IMG/VR virus record: IMGVR_UViG_3300035182_002389
Span: 96,001-160,000 of that record
DNA length: 64,000 bases
Direction: 5' to 3' (one strand)
Source: a virus
Taxonomy: Duplodnaviria; Caudoviricetes
In this document: positions 26,628 through 34,635 of the stretch, piece after piece
How the letters are laid out: every line of letters begins with the position of its first letter
Numbering within the stretch: the stretch's first letter is position 1
Position numbers and translations under genes: made by a program
Notes under the pieces: model-generated
Databases searched by the model: none
Seen by the model: only the letters and a program-made list of their open reading frames with translations
What the model was told of the DNA's origin: nothing

Positions 26628-27197
26628 CTACGCGTGCGATGCGACAGCGTAAGCCGCGTCGAAGGTCGGCTGATCCCAGCCCACGTAGATCGCGCCGTTG
26701 AGGTCGATGACCGGGATCGCGGTCGCTCCGCTCGGGGGGTTGCCGAGCTTCTTGAACAGCTCGTACGACGTCGTCGGATCCGCGAGGTCGCCGAATGCGT
26801 ACGGCAGACCGCGGCCCTCGAAGTACGCCCTCGCGCGTTTGGTGCGCGGGCAGCTCGTCGTGCCGTAGATGGTCAGCGGGACGACGACCTGCGGAAGAAC
26901 GGGCGACGGAGGCGGAGGCGGAGCGGGCGCCTGAACGGGCACCGGCACGACCGCAGGGGTCAGAGAGCACGACGGCACCTTGTCGGTCGGGCCTCCCGAA
27001 GACGGCACGCCGTCCAAACCCGTGAAGGTCCAAGACCCGTCCGAGTGCACCTCGATCGAACCTCCGTCCGTGGTTGCGAGGGTCGCGACGACCCAAGGCA
27101 TCGGCGCCGGCTCGGCCCGAGGAACGAACCTTTCGTAGCTGTAGCCATACGCCCCGACGGACGCGTGGGTCTTTCCGCAAGAGGCGCAGGAGGGCAT
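26628..27197 (-). CDS. glutaredoxin/NrdH-like domain protein (monothiol C-P-R-T)
   Basis: LTIYGTTSCPRTKRARAYF...TAIPVIDLNG..YVGWD; alternative start 27209. Confidence 0.8.
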   Translation of the reverse strand: MPSCASCGKTHASVGAYGYSYERFVPRAEPAPMPWVVATLATTDGGSIEVHSDGSWTFTGLDGVPSSGGPTDKVPSCSLTPAVVPVPVQAPAPPPPPSPVLPQVVVPLTIYGTTSCPRTKRARAYFEGRGLPYAFGDLADPTTSYELFKKLGNPPSGATAIPVIDLNGAIYVGWDQPTFDAAYAVASHA

Positions 27198-27223
27198 GCG
27201 CGAGAGCATAGACGATCTTCGCA

Positions 27224-27238
27224 GACTTGTCGCAAGCC
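27224..27238. promoter_or_regulatory. palindromic operator-like site
   Basis: GACTTGTCGCAAGCC between divergent genes. Confidence 0.65.
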
Positions 27239-27293
27239 GTGTAGAAGGCGCCGCGAAGCATTCCTCGCGCCCGCGCCATGATAGGATCCGCCC

Positions 27294-27635
27294 ATGGCCG
27301 ACCCGACTGCCGATCCGACGCCCGCACCTGCCGACCCGACGCCCTCGCCCTCCGACCCTATTCCGGCCCCACTGCCCACGGTCGATCCGGCGAAGATCCT
27401 CCCCTTCGTCAACGCGCTGCGAGCGCTCGCGACGGGGCGCAAGGGCGTTATCGTGCTCGGGGCCATCGCCTTCTGCATCGTCGTCTACTTCAAGGACCCG
27501 ACCAAGCTCACGCAACTCCTCGCGTTCCTCGGCGTGCTGCTCCCTTCGTTCTTCGGCGCGCAGGCGTACGAAGACGGCAAGAAGCAAGAGGCGCTCGCCA
27601 CTGCGAAGCGGTTCGCCACACCGGGCCAAGGGTGA
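27294..27635 (+). CDS. two-TM membrane protein (holin-like)
   Basis: Two TM helices, charged C-terminus; TAGGAT 6 nt before the ATG. Confidence 0.6.
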   Translation: MADPTADPTPAPADPTPSPSDPIPAPLPTVDPAKILPFVNALRALATGRKGVIVLGAIAFCIVVYFKDPTKLTQLLAFLGVLLPSFFGAQAYEDGKKQEALATAKRFATPGQG

Positions 27636-27636
27636 G

Positions 27637-28104
27637 ATGGCTTCGCGCATGTCTGACGCCGACGCGGCTCGCGTCGTCGACGCCATCCGACGAGCCCCCT
27701 ACCGGGCCCGCATGGGAGGGTACTGCTACCCGTGGGCGATCGCGATTCGACGTGCTCTATTGCCCCAGGGCCGTCTTTGCATCGCCGTCAACGACCCCAT
27801 CTTCGTCGCGAGCCGAAACAAACGCCTCGTCGGACATGCCGCGGTTCGATTCAAAGACCGATGGTTCGACGGTGAAGGGGAGACGTCCCTCGGCGCTCTG
27901 AAGGATTGGGCCATGCTCGACGAGCATGACCCGGCCTACGCTCTCGCCGCGGGCGTCGACCTCACACGGTGGGCCTTGCTCGCGGACAAGGTCGGCGTCT
28001 ACGAGGTCACGGAGAAGGAGCTGATCGCGCTCGTTCCCAGCGCCCGAATCGACGCTGCTGACATCGAGAAGGCGATCAAGCGCGTCCGCCCTGAGATGCG
28101 CTGA
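27637..28104 (+). CDS. papain/transglutaminase-like fold protein (Cys-His-Asp)
   Basis: GYCYPWAIAI...GHAAVRF...WFDGEG. Confidence 0.5.
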   Translation: MASRMSDADAARVVDAIRRAPYRARMGGYCYPWAIAIRRALLPQGRLCIAVNDPIFVASRNKRLVGHAAVRFKDRWFDGEGETSLGALKDWAMLDEHDPAYALAAGVDLTRWALLADKVGVYEVTEKELIALVPSARIDAADIEKAIKRVRPEMR

Positions 28105-28155
28105 AGAACGAGCGAAGATGATGTAGAGTCCCACCTCGGGGAAGGCTCGGGAGAC

Positions 28156-29124
28156 ATGGCCGAACATCTCATTTTCGACGGGCACAACCTTGCCGTGCGG
28201 TGCGCGCACGCCATCGAGGCGGCAGGGCTCACGAACGCGGACGGCGTGCCGACCGGCGAAGCGTTCGCCTTCCTCAAGGCCCTCGGCGGCTTCAAGACGC
28301 GCTTCCCACTCGCGAAGGTCACCGTCGTGTGGGACGGGTCGAGCCACAAGCGCAAGGCCGTCTTCGACGGGTACAAGGCCAGCCGCGGGATGCTCCGCAA
28401 GACCTTCCCCGTCGAGTACCTGAAGGGTCTTCTGCCCTTCCTTTCCGTTCGTCAGGCCATGAGCCCGACCGACGAGGCGGACGACGTCATCGGCGTCCTC
28501 GTGCGCGTTCGCTCCAGCGCAGAGCGAGATCGGGAACGCTCGCCTTCGGCGAGCTGGGAACGGGAACGGGAACGGGAAGAAGACCGCTTCACCATCGTCA
28601 CGACCGACTGCGATCTCCTTCAAACCGTCACGCCGAAGGTCCGCGTCCTCATGCCGCCAGCGGGCGCTGCAAAAGATCGCCGCGAGACCTTGTACGGCGA
28701 GATCGAGGTGCTTGCCGAGTACGGCGTGCCTGTCGGCCAGCTCCTCGACCTTCGCGCGCTCGCGGGAGACGTCTCCGACGAGATCCCCGGCGTGCCCGAG
28801 CTGGGGCCCAAGCGCGCCGCAAAACTCCTCACCTTCCACGGATCACTCGACGCCGTCTTCGAGGAGGCGCTGCGTGACAAGGCTCGCAAGCGCAAAGGCA
28901 TCCTCGCCTCGCCGATGACGGACCTTCAGCGCAAGAACCTGCGCGAGCACGAAGGAATCGTTCGACGCAATCTTGCGATCATGCGCCTCTCGGACGTCGA
29001 CGAGATCACGTACACCGAAGGCGCTTTCAAGGCTCTTCAAGCGGCCGTGCTTCTCCAGAAGCTCGACATCAAGGTCGACCCCATCCTCGACTTGTTCTTC
29101 CCGAAGCAGACCGCGTTCGCGTAG
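28156..29124 (+). CDS. 5'-3' exonuclease / flap endonuclease (Pol I N-terminal-like)
   Basis: IFDGHNL, VVWDG...RK...YKASR, EADDVIG, IVTTDCDLLQ, LAGDVSDEIPGVPELGPKRAAKLL (H3TH). Confidence 0.95.
   Translation: MAEHLIFDGHNLAVRCAHAIEAAGLTNADGVPTGEAFAFLKALGGFKTRFPLAKVTVVWDGSSHKRKAVFDGYKASRGMLRKTFPVEYLKGLLPFLSVRQAMSPTDEADDVIGVLVRVRSSAERDRERSPSASWEREREREEDRFTIVTTDCDLLQTVTPKVRVLMPPAGAAKDRRETLYGEIEVLAEYGVPVGQLLDLRALAGDVSDEIPGVPELGPKRAAKLLTFHGSLDAVFEEALRDKARKRKGILASPMTDLQRKNLREHEGIVRRNLAIMRLSDVDEITYTEGAFKALQAAVLLQKLDIKVDPILDLFFPKQTAFA
28522..28578 (+). repeat. family-2 element inserted in frame in the exonuclease
   Basis: GAGCGAGATCGGGAAC-GCTCGCCTTCGGCGAGC-T(GGGAAC)3GGGAA; encodes ERDRERSPSASWERERERE. 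Confidence 0.9.
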
Positions 29125-29351
29125 CGGTGCTTCAGGGCGTACGCTTCCTTTCGAGGTAAGCATGCCCAACAGTCGAACGCGCATTTGCTCACTCACGTGT
29201 CCCGAGCGCGTCGATTGCGAGGTGTGCGGCAAAAAGCTCTGCCACGCGCACGAGCCTCACCACGCAGATGGCTCCGTCGCAAGTTTTTCCGACGGCCACT
29301 ACCTTACGCCGACAGGCGTCGTCTGCGTCGCGCGTCACGCGCGAGGATGAG

Positions 29352-29633
29352 TCAGTCGTCTTCATCGACGGAAATCCACCATCCCTCGGCGTGCTTGAAG
29401 CCCGCAGGGACGTGCCAGACGTAGAGCGGGTCGCCTTTGCGCGATCGCCCCGTCGTCAAAGAGGGGCGAACCGAGACGACGTAGTACGTGCGCGTCGGAT
29501 CTTTGCCGGCGACGCTCTTCGCGAGCGCTGCGAGCAGGCGCTCTTCGTTGCCTGCGCCAACCTCATGCGGACCGTCCACGATGGTCGAGTTCTTTACGCC
29601 GTGGACGACGACCGCGAGGGCTCTTTTCGACAT
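29352..29633 (-). CDS. hypothetical protein
   Basis: 93-aa ORF; TAAAAT 6 nt before the ATG. Confidence 0.7.
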   Translation of the reverse strand: MSKRALAVVVHGVKNSTIVDGPHEVGAGNEERLLAALAKSVAGKDPTRTYYVVSVRPSLTTGRSRKGDPLYVWHVPAGFKHAEGWWISVDEDD

Positions 29634-29650
29634 GGGCGTATTTTACTTTG

Positions 29651-29756
29651 AGACGAGACAAGAGCGAGACTCAGACGAAAAGAACGACCTTCGGTCGAGC
29701 ACGGGCTTCGCCCGAGGACGCGCCTGCGGCACGAGGACGCGCCTTCGGCGCGAGGA
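29651..29756 (+). repeat. family-3 tandem mini-hairpin array (4 units) with purine-rich leader
   Basis: AGAAC-GACCTTCGGTC-G, AGCAC-GGGCTTCGCCC-G, AGGAC-GCGCCTGCGGCAC-G, AGGAC-GCGCCTTCGGCGC-G; abuts the TAA of 29757-30485. Confidence 0.9.
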
Positions 29757-30485
29757 TTAGCTTAGCCAGTTCTGCACGGCCTGAAAGAGCCGAGGGGCCT
29801 TCCTCTGCATCGCGGAAGGGTCGAGCGCCCACCACGCGGCGGCATCCATCGCGCCCTCGAAGTTGCCCGCGAGCGCGTGGTAGGCCGTGATGGGCCGGTT
29901 CATCGACCCAAGGACTGCAATGACCTCTCGACCCGCCTCGGGGTTCAACGAGAAGGCGGCGTGGGCAGCTTCGTGCGCTGCGACCTTGCTGCCGCCGTGC
30001 ATCCGCGAGCCTGCGATCTCCGTCATCACGGGCAGGTGCGCGTTGATGACCGTCGCGCGGCCCGCGTGACACTCGCCAGAAGAGGTCGAAGAGCCCTCGA
30101 TGACGAGGAACTTGATGCGGATGCCGCGAAAGACGCGCCGCGCCACGATCATCGCTTCGCGTAGCAGCTCGCCGCCGCCGTCCATCGGGCGCCAGAGCCT
30201 CGCTTTTCCGAGCACTGGAGCCCACTTCTTCCAGCGCTCGACGTCGAGCGTCCACTTCGCGAGCGCGCGCGGCGGTCCGAGCACGGCGCCCACCGACCCG
30301 TTGCGACCTTGGTAGACGAGGTAGCCGTCCTTCAGGTCGTAGCCTGCGATGGCCGGCGCGAACGTGTCTTCGGTGTCGAAGGACTCCGCGTAGACCTTGC
30401 CGACGCCTTCGACGCGCACCCATCCCGCGGAGCCTTCCAGGCTCTTCTTCGCTCGCTTGCGAAGGGTGTCAGGGGTGAGCGGCAT
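29757..30485 (-). CDS. zincin-like metallopeptidase-domain protein
   Basis: AAHEAAHAAF HExxH and downstream FEG. Confidence 0.6.
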   Translation of the reverse strand: MPLTPDTLRKRAKKSLEGSAGWVRVEGVGKVYAESFDTEDTFAPAIAGYDLKDGYLVYQGRNGSVGAVLGPPRALAKWTLDVERWKKWAPVLGKARLWRPMDGGGELLREAMIVARRVFRGIRIKFLVIEGSSTSSGECHAGRATVINAHLPVMTEIAGSRMHGGSKVAAHEAAHAAFSLNPEAGREVIAVLGSMNRPITAYHALAGNFEGAMDAAAWWALDPSAMQRKAPRLFQAVQNWLS

Positions 30486-30550
30486 CTTCTGCTCATTCTG
30501 CGTACGTCAGGGCTCGCTGTCGATGACTTTCAGTAAGCCAGCCGCCCGAA

Positions 30551-30614
30551 ACAAGATCGGGAAACGCTCGCTGCGCTCGCTGGGAACGGGAACGGGAACG
30601 GGAACGGGAGCGGG
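30551..30614 (+). repeat. family-2 element (hairpin degenerate)
   Basis: ACAAGATCGGGAAAC-GCTCGCTGCGCTCGC-T(GGGAAC)4GGGAGCGGG. Confidence 0.85.
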
Positions 30615-30657
30615 CAAGGCTTTGCCTCGCCCGCGTCGATCGGCGTAGACTCACGCC

Positions 30658-31758
30658 ATGCCGTACATCAAAGGCGCCTCCGAAGAGTCCGTCGCACAAA
30701 ATGTGGATTTTGCCCTTCGCGAAGGAAAAAGCCACGATCAGGCGATGGCCATCGCGCGCTCCTACGCGAACCGCGTGCTCAAGGCACGCCGCCACGTCTG
30801 GACCCAAGAGCGCGAGCGCATCTTCCAGGTCGGCGTTCGGATGGGCGTCGCGAAGTACCACGGCAAACGAGCGCGCCGCGACGCTCCGCCGAAGCATGTC
30901 CGCAAAGCTCGCGTCTTCGTTCGCCTCTCCTACCCCCTCGGCGACGGGACGCAGAAGCAGCAAGAGGCCGTCGCGCGAAAAGCCGACATGCGCATCTACG
31001 AAGCTGCCGGGGGCCGTCTCACGACCAAATCGGGCGGCGCGTATGGCCGCCTCGGGCATCGCTCGCACTCGTTCGAGTACGCGACCCCCGACAGCGCCCA
31101 GCGCGTGCTCCACGCCATCGAGAAGCTCAAGATCAAGGGCCTGAAGATCGGCATCGTCTCGATCGTATGGGACGAATCGGGCCGCGCGCAGTCGACCTCG
31201 CTGACCTCCTTGCCGGCCGCGAAGCCAGCCAAGAAGCCGGCCAAGAAGCCGGCGAAGGCCGCGAAGAAGCCGGCCAAGAAGAAGCCGGCGAAAGCCGCGA
31301 AGAAGAGGCCCGCGAAGGCCGCGAAGAAGCCTGCGAAGGCCGCGAAGAAGAAGCCCGCGAAGGCCGCGAAGAGGCCGGCGAAGGCTGCGAAGAAGCCGGT
31401 CAAGACCTCGACCAAGACCTCGACCAAGAGGACCTCCGCCAAGAAGGTCGTCCCGACCTTCGAGGTGTGGGGCTGGAAGGGCAACAAGGGTCACAAGCTC
31501 TCGACCCACACCCGCGAGACCAACGCCATCGAAGCGGCGAAAAAGATCAAGGGCTACGACAAGGTCCGAGTGCAAGTTCACATGGGGCGCGAAACCAAGA
31601 GCTTCACCGTGCAGGGGCCGCGCGGCGGCGTCGGCCGCGTCGGCGGCACGATGCCGAAGTCGCGCGGACCTGCGAAGAAGACGACCAAGAAGACGGCCAA
31701 GAAAGCGGCAAAGAAGTCTGCCAAGACCACGCGCCGGCAGAGCGTGCCGCCGTTCTGA
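30658..31758 (+). CDS. histone H1-like Lys/Ala/Pro-rich DNA-condensing protein
   Basis: About ten PAKAAKK/PAKK repeats and a basic C-terminal tail; TAGACT 6 nt before the ATG. Confidence 0.8.
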   Translation: MPYIKGASEESVAQNVDFALREGKSHDQAMAIARSYANRVLKARRHVWTQERERIFQVGVRMGVAKYHGKRARRDAPPKHVRKARVFVRLSYPLGDGTQKQQEAVARKADMRIYEAAGGRLTTKSGGAYGRLGHRSHSFEYATPDSAQRVLHAIEKLKIKGLKIGIVSIVWDESGRAQSTSLTSLPAAKPAKKPAKKPAKAAKKPAKKKPAKAAKKRPAKAAKKPAKAAKKKPAKAAKRPAKAAKKPVKTSTKTSTKRTSAKKVVPTFEVWGWKGNKGHKLSTHTRETNAIEAAKKIKGYDKVRVQVHMGRETKSFTVQGPRGGVGRVGGTMPKSRGPAKKTTKKTAKKAAKKSAKTTRRQSVPPF

Positions 31759-31761
31759 GCT

Positions 31762-32016
31762 TCACCCTCCCGCGCCCACGCGAAGCGTGAGGAACAAGTG
31801 AGCGCCTTCGGCAAAACCGTAGGCGCTCACGAGTTTTGTGGTGCACGCAATCGTCACTCCATTTTCGTGGCGCAGCTCCCAATCCTCGCGCGGGCGCGAG
31901 GCATTCTGGCTCATGGAAAGCGCCTCTTCGATGAGGCTGTCGAGCGGCACGGCCTCGTGAAATCCAAGCGCAACTTCCTGCCCGTTCACGACGAAGGTGA
32001 GCCTCATGCGGACCAT
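31762..32016 (-). CDS. ubiquitin-like (beta-grasp) protein, DUF2604-like, ending in di-glycine
   Basis: LTFVVNGQEV...PLDSLIEEALSMSQN..RP.EDWELR.ENG...K....GF..GAHLFLTLRVGAGG*; alternative start 32007. Confidence 0.75.
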   Translation of the reverse strand: MVRMRLTFVVNGQEVALGFHEAVPLDSLIEEALSMSQNASRPREDWELRHENGVTIACTTKLVSAYGFAEGAHLFLTLRVGAGG

Positions 32017-32205
32017 TTCTACCACGAAGGGGCCTCTGACTTCTGGCAAGCCACCGAGGCGGCTTTGCACAAGTACCGGCTTTTTCTCAGCAGAAAAACG
32101 CGATGTCGATTTTGGTTTCGAGCTTGTTGACGAACGAATCGTCGTGCGTCTCAATGGACTCCTGACCGGACACGTTCGTCCGAAACCATCAGGGAGTTCC
32201 TCTTC

Positions 32206-32721
32206 ATGGCCTTCGACCTGAGCTTCGGCTCTCTCGGCTCGGCTCGCGACAAGCTGGCGAGCTGGCACGACGAAAACAAGCTCGCCATCAGCCGCGCGAC
32301 CGCCACCGCCGAGATCGGCGCTTCCGCCTTCGGCTTCGGCTGGCTCCACGGCCGCTACCCGAAGATGGACGTGTTCGGCGTCGACCTCTCGCTGCTCGCC
32401 GGCGTCGGTCTCATCGGGCTCTCCTTCCTCGACAAGAAGGAAGAGGGGGAAGGCGGCGCGTACGGCCACCACCTCGCTTCGCTCGGCCAGGGCGCCCTCG
32501 CGGTGTACCTCGCCAAGCTCGGCGCGGATTGGGGCGACAGCATGAACCCCGACTCGCCGCACTACTGCGGGATGTACACGCCGAGCGCCACGGCGCCCGC
32601 GCAGTTCCAGCCCAAGGTCCCGCCGCCCGCCGCGGTCAAGGGCTACGACTACGCCCACACGGGCTTCAACGTCTCGACGGCCGACATCGGCCAGATGGCC
32701 CAGCGCCGTAACTGGGGCTGA
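32206..32721 (+). CDS. membrane protein (putative virion membrane/assembly protein)
   Basis: GGGAG SD; several Gly/Ala-rich hydrophobic helices; directly precedes the capsid candidate. Confidence 0.7.
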   Translation: MAFDLSFGSLGSARDKLASWHDENKLAISRATATAEIGASAFGFGWLHGRYPKMDVFGVDLSLLAGVGLIGLSFLDKKEEGEGGAYGHHLASLGQGALAVYLAKLGADWGDSMNPDSPHYCGMYTPSATAPAQFQPKVPPPAAVKGYDYAHTGFNVSTADIGQMAQRRNWG

Positions 32722-32821
32722 GACCGCTTCGAGGTCGCTCTCGGGCGACCAGTGATCGATGGGACGTCGGTGGTGGTGGGGAAGCTCGCCTCGTCCAAGG
32801 CAACGTGACAGGAGAATCCAA

Positions 32822-33385
32822 ATGAACGGTCTCATCCAGAAGTTCGGCGCGCAGAAGGCTTCGGCGGCGACGGGCGCGCCCGGCGAAGGCTGCAACGTCC
32901 CCGCGCAGATGCAGCAGGCGAATGCCGCCGCGATGTACCAGCTCCGCGTCAACGGGCTGACCTCGCCGGGCCTCGCCCCCAACACGACGGGCTGCTGCCC
33001 GCCCCCGGTCGTCCTCGACGCTTCGAGCCGCGACAGCAGCGGCGCGCAGCTCACGGTCGGCGCGAACGACGTGTTCAGCGTCACCGTGCAGCTCCAGGAG
33101 CCCTTCAAGGGCAACGACTTCGTCGTGGCTGCGCAGATCGCGCAGTACTTCGAGATCATGTCGATCAAGGTCGGCCGCGACGAGCAGCTCATCTCGGAAG
33201 CCGCGATCCCCGCCGAGGTCTTCTCGTCGGCCTCGCAGCGCCAGGTCGGCCTCGACATGCTCCCCTGCCCGACGTCGAAGCAAATCTTCGTCCAGGTGCG
33301 CAACGTCGACACGCAGGCCCGCTACTTCAAGGCCGCGTTCTTCGGCTCGTGCTTCGACTGCAACACGCCGCAGATCGGCGGCTGA
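32822..33385 (+). CDS. putative single jelly-roll capsid protein
   Basis: AGGAG SD; alternating beta-strand pattern (FSVTVQ, DFVV, YFEIMSIKVG, IPAEVF, QIFVQVRN, YFKAAFFG); strongly C/G-ending codons; fold is inferred. Confidence 0.5.
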   Translation: MNGLIQKFGAQKASAATGAPGEGCNVPAQMQQANAAAMYQLRVNGLTSPGLAPNTTGCCPPPVVLDASSRDSSGAQLTVGANDVFSVTVQLQEPFKGNDFVVAAQIAQYFEIMSIKVGRDEQLISEAAIPAEVFSSASQRQVGLDMLPCPTSKQIFVQVRNVDTQARYFKAAFFGSCFDCNTPQIGG

Positions 33386-33535
33386 GCAACCGCCTCGTGC
33401 GTGAGTGGGTCGCAAGGCCCGCTCCGCTGAGATGATGCGTAGACCCTGGTTGCGCTCGACGCTCGCGAGAGTTCGAGCGTACCCGGGGCCTTCGTGTATT
33501 TGCTGCGCGCATCGACCTTTTCGCAGGAGACTTCC

Positions 33536-34462
33536 ATGACCGAAGGCTACAATCCTTTCCCCGGCTTCTTCGTCGCCGACACGATCTGCTCGCTCCAGAA
33601 CGCCGACACGAGCGGCCTCGAAGACGGCTGCCTCGCGTACGTTCGCGCGAACCAGTCCTACTACGCGTACGGCGCGTCCTTCGCGCACGCGCCCGCACCG
33701 AACGGCACGACCGTGCTCTCGACCTTCAACGGCCCGGCGGCCGTTCAGGCCGATGGCAGCCCGTGCACCGGCGAGCAGTCGCACGCACACACGGCCGGCG
33801 GCCCCGGCCGCTGGATCCTGACGACCCTCGGATACGGCGGGTTCCAGGCGCCCTTCAAGGCACGCGCCGTGCAGTCCCTCGCCGTCGCCCACCTCAACGC
33901 CGCGAGCACGAGCGCCGATGGCGTAACGCTCCTCGAAGGTGACGTCGTCCTGCTCACCGCCCAGACCCCCGGGACCGATAACGGCCCCTACGTGGTCGGT
34001 CCGGTCGTCGGCCCCGCCGCTCCGCTCACCCGCCCGTTCTGGTGGAGCCCCGACACGGTCATCCCGTCCGGGACCGTCATCGAAGTCGGCGGCGAAGGCA
34101 CGCTCTTCAAGAACAGCTCGTGGAAGGTCACGGGCGCCTCGTTCGTCGTCGAGACGGGCGGCCCCGGCCTGTTCCCGCAGAACCAGCGCTACACGGGCGC
34201 TCTCGGAGCCGGCGATCTGTTCCTCGACGGAAGCGGAGCCTCGGGCCACCACGACATCGGCCTCTACATGACCGCGGACGCCTCCGTCCAGGTCACGCGC
34301 AGGGCGTTCTCGGGCGCTCTGCTGACGGTCGAGTACGAGGTCCTCGTTCAGATGCCGGGTCAGCGCGGCGCCGCGGCGCTCCGCATCCAGGCCCAGCAGG
34401 CGGACGGGTCGCTCAGCAACTACGACGTCAGCACCCTCTCCGTCCTCGTCAACAACTGGTGA
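33536..34462 (+). CDS. EGYNPFPG paralog 1 (with long beta-rich C-terminal extension)
   Basis: MTEGYNPFPG...TICSLQNADTSGLEDGCLAYV...GGPGRWI. Confidence 0.85.
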   Translation: MTEGYNPFPGFFVADTICSLQNADTSGLEDGCLAYVRANQSYYAYGASFAHAPAPNGTTVLSTFNGPAAVQADGSPCTGEQSHAHTAGGPGRWILTTLGYGGFQAPFKARAVQSLAVAHLNAASTSADGVTLLEGDVVLLTAQTPGTDNGPYVVGPVVGPAAPLTRPFWWSPDTVIPSGTVIEVGGEGTLFKNSSWKVTGASFVVETGGPGLFPQNQRYTGALGAGDLFLDGSGASGHHDIGLYMTADASVQVTRRAFSGALLTVEYEVLVQMPGQRGAAALRIQAQQADGSLSNYDVSTLSVLVNNW

Positions 34463-34544
34463 TCGACGGAGGCGATTGCCGAAGGTGATCGCCTACGCGG
34501 CGGAGAACAAGGGTTCGTGTTCGGACCCTCGTTTTCCCCGCTGC

Positions 34545-34559
34545 GACTTGTCGCAAGCC
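34545..34559. promoter_or_regulatory. palindromic operator-like site
   Basis: GACTTGTCGCAAGCC with TAGAAT downstream. Confidence 0.65.
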
Positions 34560-34635
34560 GTGCTTCTTCATTTGCCCCAAGCGGAGTAGAATCTGCTCTA
34601 CTGAGGGCGCAACCCTTTCGACGGAGATCAGCACC

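Noticed and set aside
28156-29124. polA (DNA polymerase I)
   Set aside because: Only the 5'-3' nuclease domain is present; no polymerase domain follows
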